Assembly (NCBI GenBank): GCA_964534335.1
Contig: CAZHPS010000001.1
Location: 1 to 59,939 of the forward strand
Reading direction: 5' to 3'
Source of the DNA: an uncultured Desulfobacterales bacterium
GTDB taxonomy: Bacteria > Desulfobacterota > Desulfobacteria > Desulfobacterales > Desulfococcaceae
Length of the DNA stretch: 59,939 nucleotides
The stretch's first letter is position 1. Every line of letters starts with the position of its first letter. Below, one piece after another: positions 44,128 through 55,300 of the stretch. The position numbers and the translations under genes are program-made. The notes under the pieces were generated by a model. That model was not told where the DNA came from and made no database searches. It saw nothing but the letters and a program-made list of their open reading frames with translations.

Positions 44128-46218
44128 TCAGTTCAGCAGGTCTTCCTGTCTGGTGATTTTGCTTTTTTCCCTGAGCTGTGTCAGCCATGTCTCAAAGATT
44201 TTGTACTGTTTCTGCCTCAGCAGCCTGTCTTTGACAGAGGATTTCTCCTTTTCAAATTCAGTTGCCTCAGGCAGTTTCCTGTCTTTGAAGCGGATCACAT
44301 AATATCCGTTTTTCCCTTTCAGGGGTTTTTCCGGAACCGGGTTTTCTTTGGAGAGCAGAAAGGCAGCCTGGGAAATTTCCTGCTCATATCCAATCTCAGG
44401 GATGGAGGCATTGCGTTTGAAAAAACCTGTGGACTTGAAAACAGGTTCCCCGCTTTTTTCCAAAGCAGGATCATTGGCGGAAGCAGAAGACGCATCGCTG
44501 CTGCCTTCCTGCGCTGCACTGTTTTCCCCTGTTTTCTCACCGGCAGCTCCTGCTTCATTCTTTGCCGGCTTTGCCGGTTCTGTTTTGCTTTCCGCAGCTT
44601 TTTCTCCGGAGGCTGCAGATTCATCTTTTGCAGGAGATGCTTCCTGTCCCCCGGTTTTTTCCGAATTCCCGGCAGAATTTTTCAGACCTGCCAGAAATGC
44701 CCCGGCATCTGCTTTGGCTTTTTCCTCCTGCTTTTCACTGATCAGATCCGCTCTCACCCTGTCCTTTACCTCTTCCAGAGGAGAAACCGCAGACGGAATC
44801 CTTTCTGTCACCTGTATAAGATAAAAGGCATCTCCCATGTCCTGTACCGTGCTGATCTGCTTTTCCGAAAGTGCAAACGCGGCAGTGGCAAACTGCATCG
44901 GATTTTTCACTTTTTCCGGCCCTTTTGCGCGGGTAAACAACTCTGTTTCCACTGCTTCCAGTTTGCGTATCTGAGCCTCTTTCAGCAGATCCCCCCCTTC
45001 GGGAATGGCATCATACAGGGTCTGCACCTCATCAAAGGCCATTTCTTTGGCTTTTTCCTCTGCGAGTTTTTTGCGGATTTCCTCTTTCACCTCATCGAGT
45101 TTCTTTTCAGATGCCTCGTTGATCTTTTCCACTTTGATAACATGCCAGCCGAACTGTGTGCGCACAGGTTCGCTGATTTCCCCGGCCTTCATGGAAAATG
45201 CTTTGTCTGAAAAAGGTTTGACCATAGCCTCTTTTCTGAATGCCCCCAGATGGCCGCCCCGGCCGTTATTGCCCGGATCTTCGGAATATTCATTTGCCAG
45301 TTGCGCAAAATCCTTTCCCTCTTTTGCCATTTTCAGAACTTCTTCGGCCTTTGCCCTTTTCTTTTCCACTTCCTCTTCAGTGTCGCCTGTTTCGGTTTTG
45401 AAAAGGATATGACTGGCCTCAACAGTTTTTTCCACTTTGAATTCTTTGGAATGCGTTTCAAAGTATTCGGAAATCTCTGTATCATCCACTTTCACTTTGC
45501 CTGTGAAATCTGCATAACTGAATTCCGCATACCGGACTCTGATTTTTTCCTCTGTTTTGTAAGATTCCTTATTCTTTTCATAATATTGGGAAATTTCCTC
45601 ATCGGAAACACTGAGGTCAGTATATTTCTTTGGATCAAAAACAGCATATTCCACATCCGCAGAGGCATTGCTCCACTGATACCATTCCAAAGCCTCTGCA
45701 TCCGAGACTTTTACCGTATCCAGAACAAAGGCCCGCAGTCTTTCTGTGAGCATGGACTCCCGCTGCCCGGCCTCAAATTCTTCTGCTGTGAGCCGGTTCA
45801 TGCGCAGAACCCGGTTGTACAGATCATTGTCAAAAACGCCGCTGTTCTGAAAAGCAGGAACTTCCATGATTGCTTTGGCAAGTTCCGCGTCGGAAACCCG
45901 GAAATCGAGTTTTGCGGCTTCCTGACGCACCAGCACCTGATCAATGAGACTGTCCAGGGCTGTCTGCTTCAGATTGAGCATTTTGAGCATATTTTCATCA
46001 AGTTTCCCGCCAAACCTCTGACGGTACTGATCTGCCATGCTGTTATAGGTTTTTGTGTATTCATCCACCGTGATGGTTTCTCCGTTCACGGTTGCGATCT
46101 GGGTCATCCGCTGGGACTGGAAGTTGCCCACACCCCAGAAAACAAACACCACGACAATTGCGCCGAGAATGATTTTAATCAGCCAGCTTCCCGCATGATC
46201 CCGCATTAACCTGAGCAT
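44128..46218 (-). CDS. ppiD: Periplasmic chaperone / peptidyl-prolyl isomerase PpiD-like, with an acidic low-complexity insert
   Basis: N-terminal MLRLMRDHAGSWLIKIILGAIVVVFVFWG anchor, a SurA_N-like region and a parvulin domain (ASHILF...FGWHVIKV). Confidence 0.8.
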   Translation of the reverse strand: MLRLMRDHAGSWLIKIILGAIVVVFVFWGVGNFQSQRMTQIATVNGETITVDEYTKTYNSMADQYRQRFGGKLDENMLKMLNLKQTALDSLIDQVLVRQEAAKLDFRVSDAELAKAIMEVPAFQNSGVFDNDLYNRVLRMNRLTAEEFEAGQRESMLTERLRAFVLDTVKVSDAEALEWYQWSNASADVEYAVFDPKKYTDLSVSDEEISQYYEKNKESYKTEEKIRVRYAEFSYADFTGKVKVDDTEISEYFETHSKEFKVEKTVEASHILFKTETGDTEEEVEKKRAKAEEVLKMAKEGKDFAQLANEYSEDPGNNGRGGHLGAFRKEAMVKPFSDKAFSMKAGEISEPVRTQFGWHVIKVEKINEASEKKLDEVKEEIRKKLAEEKAKEMAFDEVQTLYDAIPEGGDLLKEAQIRKLEAVETELFTRAKGPEKVKNPMQFATAAFALSEKQISTVQDMGDAFYLIQVTERIPSAVSPLEEVKDRVRADLISEKQEEKAKADAGAFLAGLKNSAGNSEKTGGQEASPAKDESAASGEKAAESKTEPAKPAKNEAGAAGEKTGENSAAQEGSSDASSASANDPALEKSGEPVFKSTGFFKRNASIPEIGYEQEISQAAFLLSKENPVPEKPLKGKNGYYVIRFKDRKLPEATEFEKEKSSVKDRLLRQKQYKIFETWLTQLREKSKITRQEDLLN

Positions 46219-46447
46219 CTATGTCTCCTCTTTTTATGATACAGATTTTTTGTTTTTGCCAGGGCAGATGTCCGGAAAATGACAACAGCCTGATATTTCA
46301 AAGTGATAATTAAAACTCCATATTTTATTGATTCGCAACGCTTTTGTCAATAAAATTATCTGAGAGTTTTTTTATATCTTGCGAAATGCTTTTATATGTG
46401 CATAATATCTTGAAAAAAATCGGCAGACCGTAAGGCGGGAGAGGGCT

Positions 46448-49114
46448 GTGACAGAAAATAACAACAATATAAGAGATTTGACAGTTATTACCACCCATAT
46501 GAATGCGGATTTTGATGCGCTGGCCTGCATGATGGCCGCACAGAAGCTCTATCCGGACGCTCTGGTGGTGTTTCCGGGTTCCCATGAAAAAACCCTGAGA
46601 AATTTTTTTATCCAGTCAATGGTTTATCTGCTCAATATGGCGGATATCAAAGATCTGGATTTTTCCCGGATACGGAAACTGGTGCTGGTGGATACGCGTC
46701 AGCCCGGACGGATCGGAAAATTTTCCGGGATTCTGGATCGCGGGGATCTGGAAATCCATATCTTTGATCATCATCCGGCTCTGGACAGCGATATCAAAGG
46801 CCATTATGAGGAAATCGGCATGACAGGCGCGGCCATCAGCATTCTGGCGGAAATTCTGCAGAAAAAGCGGATATCCCTTTCTCCGGAGGAAGCCACCATC
46901 ATGTGTCTGGGGCTGTATGAGGATACAGGTTCCTTTACCTTTTCCTCCACCACGGAAAGAGATTTCATGGCCGGGGCCTTTTTCCTTTCCAAAGGTGCAA
47001 ATCTGGACATTATTTCCAATCTTATCGCCAGAGAAATGAATTTTGAGCAGGTTGGGCTGCTCAATGACATGCTGCGCAATGCCGTGCAGTATCATATCAA
47101 AGGTGTGGAAGTCACGGTGACAACCGTGAGCACGGAAAATTATGTGCAGGATTTTGCCTTTCTGGTCCACAAAATGATGAAAATGGAAAACCTGACTGCT
47201 CTCTTTGCACTGGGCCGCATGGGAAACAGGGTCTATGCTGTGGCCCGGAGCCGGACTTCGGATGTGGATGCCGGAATGATCATTGGCGGACTGGGCGGAG
47301 GCGGTCATGCCTTTGCTGCTTCCGCAAATATAAAGGAGGAAACCCTTGCCCAGGTGGAGCAGAAACTTCTGGAACTGCTCTACAGTCATATCCGATCCAC
47401 CTGCCGGGCCAAAGATCTGATGTCTTCCCCGCCCATCAAGACAGATGCCCAAACCCCGCTGGAGGAAGCCCGGAATCTGATGACCCGCTACAATATCAAT
47501 GCCCTGCTCGTGACAGAAAAGCAGGGGGAAAAAGAAGTGCTGCTGGGCTGGATTTCCCGCCAGATTATTGCCAAGGCCCTGTATCTGCAACTGGAGCATA
47601 CACCGGTGCGGGACTATATGTCCACAGAACTGGGAACTGTAGGCCCGGATGCGGAACTGCCTGAAATTCAGGAGCAGATTATTGAAAACAAACAGCGGAT
47701 TCTGCCTGTGCTCAGCGGTGAGACGCTCATAGGGGTCATTACGCGCACAGATCTGCTCAATGTCCTGGTCAGCCAGGGGGATTTTGGAAACCGGAATGAA
47801 CCTGATCCTCTGAAAGAGGAAAGCAATGCAAGAGTCCGCAATATTCTCCGGGTGATGGCTGAACGTATCAGTTTGCCTGTCATGGGCATTCTCAGGAACG
47901 CGGGAACCGTGGCAGATGAACTGGGATACGGCGCGTATGCGGTTGGCGGATTTGTGCGGGATCTGTTTCTCTGCCGGCCCAATGAGGACATTGACATTGT
48001 GGTGGAAGGCAGCGGCATTGAATTTGCGAAAAAATTTGCCAAAACCTGCAATGCCCGTGTCCACAGTCATGAAAAATTCGGCACGGCAGTTGTGATTTTC
48101 CCGGACGGTTTCAAGATTGACGTGGTCACAGCCCGTATGGAATACTACCGTTTTCCCGCGGATCTGCCCAATGTGGAGATGAGCTCCATCAAACTGGATC
48201 TCTACCGCCGGGATTTCACCATCAACACGCTGGCAGTGCAGCTAAATCCCGGACGTTTCGGCACGCTCATTGATTTTTTTTCCGCACAGAAGGATATTAA
48301 GGAAAAGGTCATCAGGATTCTGCACAACCTGAGTTTTGTGGAAGATCCCACACGGGTGTTCCGGGCCATCCGTTTTGAGCAGCGATTCGGTTTCACCATC
48401 GGCAAGCTGACATCCGGACTGATTCACAATGCTGTGAAAATGGATTTTTTCAAAAAACTCAGCGGCAAGCGCACTTTTAACGAACTGCGCCAGATTCTCG
48501 AAGAAGATGACCCCGCTCCCGCGATCCGGCGTCTGTATGATTACAGTCTGCTGAAAATCATTCATCCGGATCTCAAACCCAGCCGCAAACTCTTTTCCGG
48601 TCTTGCTTCCCTGAAAAAAGTGCTGGACTGGCATGATCTGCTGTTTCTCGACGAATCCTATCTGCGCTGGGCCGTGTATTTTATGATGCTTATCCGCGAA
48701 TTTGATCCGGATGAATCAGAGAAAATCTGTGAAAGATTTGAACTTGCTCCCCGTCACCGTGTGCTTTTCTGCAAAGAACGCTATACAGCGGATCAGATGC
48801 TGTTCCGGCTGGTCAGAAGCCTTCCTCTGGAAAACAGCCGCATCTACCGGGAACTGGCAGGTTTCCGCATCGAGCTGCTGCTGTATATGATGGCCGTGAC
48901 ACGCAATGAGGAGGTGAAAAAGGCCATTTCCCATTATATCACCCATCTCCGGCATATCACCTGCCATATTGGAGGAAAGGATCTGCGGGAAATGGGCATA
49001 GCCCCCGGGCCAATCTACCGGGAGATACTGGATGCGGTCATGGATGCCCGGCTCAACGGTTATCTGGAAACCAGGGAAGATGAGATCGGTTTTGCGCGGG
49101 GGTATGTGGGATAG
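46448..49114 (+). CDS. DHH/DHHA1 phosphoesterase - tandem CBS - polyA polymerase/CCA-adding nucleotidyltransferase fusion protein
   Basis: THMNADFDALA and FDHH (DHH motifs), GGGGHAFAAS (DHHA1), two CBS modules, then GGFVRDLFL...DIDIVV (PolyA_pol head) and an RNA-binding tail. GTG start with GGGAGAGG upstream. Confidence 0.8.
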   Translation: MTENNNNIRDLTVITTHMNADFDALACMMAAQKLYPDALVVFPGSHEKTLRNFFIQSMVYLLNMADIKDLDFSRIRKLVLVDTRQPGRIGKFSGILDRGDLEIHIFDHHPALDSDIKGHYEEIGMTGAAISILAEILQKKRISLSPEEATIMCLGLYEDTGSFTFSSTTERDFMAGAFFLSKGANLDIISNLIAREMNFEQVGLLNDMLRNAVQYHIKGVEVTVTTVSTENYVQDFAFLVHKMMKMENLTALFALGRMGNRVYAVARSRTSDVDAGMIIGGLGGGGHAFAASANIKEETLAQVEQKLLELLYSHIRSTCRAKDLMSSPPIKTDAQTPLEEARNLMTRYNINALLVTEKQGEKEVLLGWISRQIIAKALYLQLEHTPVRDYMSTELGTVGPDAELPEIQEQIIENKQRILPVLSGETLIGVITRTDLLNVLVSQGDFGNRNEPDPLKEESNARVRNILRVMAERISLPVMGILRNAGTVADELGYGAYAVGGFVRDLFLCRPNEDIDIVVEGSGIEFAKKFAKTCNARVHSHEKFGTAVVIFPDGFKIDVVTARMEYYRFPADLPNVEMSSIKLDLYRRDFTINTLAVQLNPGRFGTLIDFFSAQKDIKEKVIRILHNLSFVEDPTRVFRAIRFEQRFGFTIGKLTSGLIHNAVKMDFFKKLSGKRTFNELRQILEEDDPAPAIRRLYDYSLLKIIHPDLKPSRKLFSGLASLKKVLDWHDLLFLDESYLRWAVYFMMLIREFDPDESEKICERFELAPRHRVLFCKERYTADQMLFRLVRSLPLENSRIYRELAGFRIELLLYMMAVTRNEEVKKAISHYITHLRHITCHIGGKDLREMGIAPGPIYREILDAVMDARLNGYLETREDEIGFARGYVG

Positions 49115-49130
49115 GAACACAAATGCAGTA

Positions 49131-49265
49131 ATACCGATTCACTGTTGACCTGATACTATCCGGACTGATCCGGAGGAGTGCAAAAATTAGGCGGAGCGGT
49201 TTTTTGCACACCCGGAACTGCGGAAAAACTGACGGTATCGGATCAAACCAATGGCGAATCGGTAT
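49131..49265 (+). mobile_element. MITE family R3 copy 2
   Basis: ATACCGATTCACTGTTG...CAATGGCGAATCGGTAT. Located between convergent and divergent large genes. Confidence 0.6.
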
Positions 49266-49345
49266 GAAAACGGTGTGAGGAAAATTTTTCAATCTGCCGA
49301 ATATGTAAAAACCGAAAAATATCATCAGAAAGAGGAGTGTGCATC

Positions 49346-52300
49346 ATGAAAAAAATACATTTTTTTCCGGTATGTTTTTTTATTTTTGTCCTGTCCGCCC
49401 TGCCCTGCCTTCTCTGTGCCGGAGACGATCAGTGGTCTGTCATGATCCGGCCAAAGGCCAGAATCCTCAACAGTGTATGGGGAAATTCCGAAACCGGTGT
49501 TTTTGCGGTCGGGGACTGCGGGACCATACTCCGCCATGACGGAAGCACATGGCAGATGATGGAAAGTCCGACAGAGGCAAATCTCACAGATATTTGGGGA
49601 ACAGGAAAAAACAGCCTGTTTGCTGTGGGAGATAAGGGAACCGTGCTTCGCTGTGACGGAACCCGCTGGCAGCAGATGAACAGCCTGACAGAAACAAATC
49701 TCAAAGCAGTCAGGGGGAACAGCACCTCCGGTATCTTTGCTGTGGGAGAAAACGGAACAATTATCCGCTATGACGGAACAGCATGGACAGCAGTGAACAG
49801 CCCGACAGCAGTGACACTTTACAGCATGTGGGAAAGTCTGGGAACAGATATTTTTGCCGTGGGCGGAGGAGGAACCATTCTGCGCTATGACGGCAACTCA
49901 TGGAATCCCATGTCAAGCGGTGACGGCAGAAATCTCCGTACAGTATGGGGATTTTCCTCTTCAGATGTTTACGCGGCCGGCTCCGGTTCGCTGCTGCATT
50001 ATGACGGAAGAAACTGGCAGACTGTGGAATCCAATTTTTATCCGATACGGGATCTGTGGGGAAATTCCGGAACAGATTTGTATGCGGTCGGCGCTTCCCT
50101 GTCCGGTCAGCCGGTTGCACTTTGGTATAATGGCAAAGAATGGAAGAATACCGGTGCAGACACGGATATTCCCCTCAACAGCATATGGGGAGACGGAAAA
50201 GGACTTGTGCCTGCCGCAGGCGGAAATTCACAGAAAGGCGGTATCATTTATGCCTATAATGGTCAGGAATGGCAGGAAATCTGGCATCAGCCTGAATCTG
50301 ATCTGACCCGGAAAATGTATGCGGTACATGCTTTTTCCGAAAAGGATGTTTTTGCAGTGGGAGAAGCCGGAGCCATCCTGCATTATGACGGTTCCCAATG
50401 GGCTGCTATGGAAAGCGGAACAGAAAAGGGGCTTTGGGCAGTATGGGGAATTTCCGGAACAGATCTTTTTACTGTGGGGGAAGCCGGAACCATCCTGCAT
50501 TATGACGGAACCGCATGGCAGGAAGTGAACAGCGGAATCACGTCAGATTTGTATGATATATGGGGATATGCGTCTGATTCCGGTGAACCGGCTGAAATAT
50601 TTGCTGTGGGAGACAAAGGCAATGTTCTGCACTGGAAAAATGGCAAATGGGAAGCAATGTCCAGCGGCGTGGGCATTCTGCTGGAAGGAATCTGGGGAAT
50701 CAAAACTGAAAAAGGGGCAGATGTGTTTGCCGGGGGAAACAAAGGAGTGATTCTCCGGTATAAGGACGGCAAATGGGTACAGATGGAAAGCCCTGTGGAA
50801 AAAAATATCCGGGATATATGGGGATATTCGGATGAAAACGGTGTCACTGTGTTTGCGGTGGGCGACAGGATTTCGGAAAAAAAGGCAAATTTTCTCTGTT
50901 ATGAGGGAATGCAGTGGACTCTGGCAGATATGGGACAGGGTGAATTCCTGCGGACAGTCTGGGGAGACGGAGAGACAGACATTTTTATCGCTGGTCAGAA
51001 CGGATTTATCCGCCATTATGACGGAAAAACATGGAATTCCGCAGACAGGTCAGAGAAAACAGGCATTGTCCATATGCACGGAATCCCCAAAGCTCCGGGC
51101 CGGGTTTCACGTATGTTTGCCGTGGATGGAGACGGTGCTGTTCTTCAGTACACGGATATAAATGTTTTTCTGCCGGAATCTGTGACCGAGGGCGGTTCTC
51201 TCGCAGAAGGGACTGTGCTGCTTCCTTATGCTCCGGCTGCGGATACTCAAATTTCCCTGACATCGGATGATCCATCGGAAATCACTGTCCCCGCGTCTGT
51301 CACTGTTCCCGCAGGCCAGACTTCCGCTGTATTTTCAGTCACACCTGCTGATGACACTGTGGCGGACGGAACCCGGAATGTCATTATCCGGGCATCGGCT
51401 GCTAATTACAATTTCGGAAGTGAAATGATCCGCGTGCATGACAATGAATCCGCTGTTCTGAATCTCATTCTTCCGGATGCGGTCTTTGAAGGAGAGGAAC
51501 TGCCGGCAGGTTCCGGAACCCTGATCGTCACTCCTGTACCGGAAGAGGAAATATCCGTATCCCTGCATTCCTCTCATCCGGACAGACTTTCTGTTCCCCG
51601 AAAAGTAACCATTCCCGCAGGTCATGGCAGCATCCGCTTTGATATGCTGGTGGGAGATGATACGGAAAAAGACAATACGCAGACCATTACCGTAACTGCC
51701 TCGGTCAGCGGATGGACTTCAGGCAGTGCCGGGATTCAGGTGGCAGATAATGACCGTTACGGACTGACGCTGAGCATCCCGGATACAGGGGCTGAAAAGG
51801 ACAAACCGCTTTCCGGAACAGTTTCCCTTACAGAACCTTTTGAAACCGATCTCCTGATTCATCTTTCAGCAGATGATACTTCCGAACTCATGGTTCCGGA
51901 AACTGTGACCATTCCGGCAGGCAGCATTTCCGCTGCTTTTGAACTGTCTCCGGTGGCAGATTATCTTTCGGACAATCCCCAGAGCGTTTCTCTTACAGCG
52001 GACGCCCCGGGTTTTGCGTCTGCAAAAGCCCGGATCAGCATAACAGACAGTGACAGCATCTGGCAGCCCATACATCTGGGAACCAGTATGCTGCGGGCAG
52101 TATGGGGCAGTTCGGAAAAAGATGTGTTTGCTGTGGGATGGGATGGCATGATTCTGCATTATGAAGGGGATCAGTGGAATGTCATGGACAGCGGAACCGA
52201 TATTTCTCTGCGCCATGTATGGGGTCACGACCGGAACACCGTGTTTGCGGTGGGCGGAGCTACGGACGGAGCCGTCATTTTGCGATATGACGGCAGCAAA

Positions 52301-55300
52301 TGGGCCACTGTTTACAGCCATCCGGAACAGGTTCTCAATGGCGTATGGGGTATTGCCCCGGACAATGTATGGGCAGTGGGCAAATCTGATGCCAGCGGCG
52401 GAATGATTCTGCACTGGGATGGGGTTCAGTGGAAAGAGATCGGACCCGGCGGCCTTGCTGAACTGAACAGTATATGGGGAACTTCGGCCAGTGACATATT
52501 TGTTTCAGGAAACAAGGGACAGATTCTGCACTGGGACGGACTGACATGGATTTCCATGACGAGCGGTACCACTTCGGTTCTGAGATGTGTCTGGGGAAAT
52601 GCAGGAAATGATGTCTTTGCTGTGGCTCAGGACCTCATTCTGCATTATGACGGTACAGGCTGGTCTAAAATGGAAGGAGGAGAAGGGAAATATCTTTACA
52701 ATATCTGGGGAACCGGGCCGGACAATGTTTATATCACCGGAAACAAAGGGACTGTCCTGCATTATGACGGAAACCAGTGGCAGGAGGAAAACAGCGGAAC
52801 CGAACTGGCGCTGTGGGGAATATGGGGCAGTTCCCCGGATAATATCTTTGCCAGCGGTGCCGAGGCAATTGTGCTGCACTATGACGGCACAGGCTGGAAA
52901 ACCCATAAGGAGCCGGATATCACATACAATGGCATCTGGTGTTTTTCCTCTGAAAACGGAACCGGGACACAGGCATTTGCAGTGGGGGATGCGGGAAGCA
53001 TCCTCTGTTATGACGGAAGCACATGGAAGGAAACAGAAAAAGGACTTTATCCCAATCTCAACAGTGTATGGGGACGTTCCCCCTGGGAAATCTGGGCAGT
53101 CGGGGATGAAGGAACCATTCTGCATTTTAACGGAACCAAATGGCATAAGGCAGACAGCGGAACCTATGTCAATCTTTATGAGTTATTCGGACTGCCTGAG
53201 GATTCGGGACGTCCGGATGTGTTTGCTGCCGGAGATAAGGGAACAGTGCTTCACTTTGACGGAGAGCAGTGGCAGCGCATGGAAACCGGAACTGATCTGA
53301 AACTGCAGGCTGTCTGGGCAGTTCCTGCGAATACGGAAAGCGGATACGAAATTTTTGCTGCCGGATGGCAGGGAATCATCCTGCACTTTGATGGCAGCAG
53401 ATGGCATAAGCAGCAGATCACCACAAAAACGCTTTATGATATATGGGGCAGTTCTGCAGCAGACATATATGCTTCCGGAGCAGACGGCGGTCTTTTTCAT
53501 TATGACGGATACAACTGGCATGTGATTGAGACAGATACAAAACACGTTCTCTGGAGCATATGGGGAACTTCTGCCGCAGATGTGTATGTGTCCGGGTACG
53601 GTGAGATCCGGCACTATGATGGCAGCGAATGGACAAATATGCCAGCACCTGCAAGGTCAGTGAATGCGGTCTGGGGACTTTCCGCATTTGATATGTTTGG
53701 TGCAGGTGATTACAATACCCTTGTGCGTTATACGGCTGTTGCCATTCATGTTCCGGAACAGGTGAATGAGGGAAAGGGAATTCTTTCTGCACAGGGACGG
53801 GTGTCGGTTTCAGTGCCTTTGGAAGCAGATCTTGCTGTCCGGCTCACTTCTCATGATTTTTCTGAAGTTTCAGTTCCGGATACAGTTGTTATTCCAGCAG
53901 GTCAGAACGAGGCATTTTTTGATCTCACGATTCACGATGATGCCATTGCTGACGGCACACAGCGGGTTGCTTTCACCACTGCTGCGGAGGGTTACAGTCT
54001 GGGAACAGCTTTTATTCACGTAAAGGACAATGAAACTGCTGTTCTGAAAATTCAGGTTCCGGAACAGGCAGAAGAGGGAGATGGCCTTTTGTCCGCACAG
54101 GGGGCTGTGTTTCTGCAGACAGAAGACGGAGAAGATCTGACTGCACAGAAACCTGTCCGCATTTCCCTGATAAATGACTGTCCCGCAGAAATCCATATTC
54201 CGGATACGGTCATTGTTCAGGCCGGGCAGAGTGTCGCGGATTTTGATATGACTGTCATTGATGACAAGGTTTTTGACGGCCCCCGGATTGTCCGCATCAC
54301 CGCATCAGTGGAAGGCTGGACAGCGGGCAGCGCGGACATGGAAATCACTGACAATGAAAAAGCCCAAATCATGCTTGAAGTTCCGGATTCGGTATCGGAA
54401 AATGACGCGCAGACACCTCTTGGCGGAACCGTGTCAGTGCAGGGAACACTGCTGTGGGATCTGACAGTAGATCTGTTTTCAGACAGAAATACAGACATTA
54501 TCGTGCCTGAGACAGTGACCATTCCGGCCAGGCAGTCTTCTGCGGATTTCACTTTCACCGTAAAAGATGATCCGGAGATCAACGGAGATCGCACGGTGAA
54601 CATTGCAGCTTCGGCTCCGGGATGGGACAGTGCCGGGGCTGCTATTACTGTAAAAGATAATGATCCTGGTGAAATCCGTTTCCCGTCTGACAGATTCAGC
54701 ATGTGGAAACAGGGTGAAATCATCCGGATTCCGGTAAACAGGTATTACAGTTCTGCCGGTCAGATCAGCGTATGTTACACTCTTGAAGATACCGCATCCG
54801 GCATTGCAGAGGATGGAACTTTGGTGTTTGAAAACGGGGAAAAGGAAAAACAGATAAGCATTTCCCGTGTCAGTGAACGCGGAGAAAAAATGACCCTTTC
54901 CCTGTCTGATCCGGGTGGTGGAGCAGTTCTCGGCACTCCTGCCACTGCTGAAATCATGCTTACTGATGCCATGTCCTGGAGCAGGGAAGCGCAAAGCGGG
55001 GAAGATCATCTCCGGGGTGTCTGGGGCAGCAGCACAGCCGATGTTTTTGCTGTGGGATGGGGAGGAACAATACTGCATTATGATGGCAGCACATGGAGCG
55101 ATAGGAGTTTGGATACAGTAAACCCGGTTTTTCTGGAAGACCTATGGGGCAGCACCGGAAAAAATGTTTTTGCTGTGGGACATAAGGGCATCATTTTTCA
55201 TTATGACGGAAGCAAATGGCAGGCTGCGGAAAGTCCGACAGATCTGCATCTGTATGCCATCTGGGGACCGGCCGGAGCAGAAAGCCGCATTTTTGCAGCA

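Noticed and set aside
46616-48070. 484-aa minus-strand ORF inside the DHH-CBS-PAP gene, and the analogous antisense ORFs in ppiD (44107..45210, 45250..46209) and proB (37332..38162, 37588..38592)
   Set aside because: The opposite strands carry complete, motif-rich conserved proteins. These ORFs lack motifs and have skewed composition.
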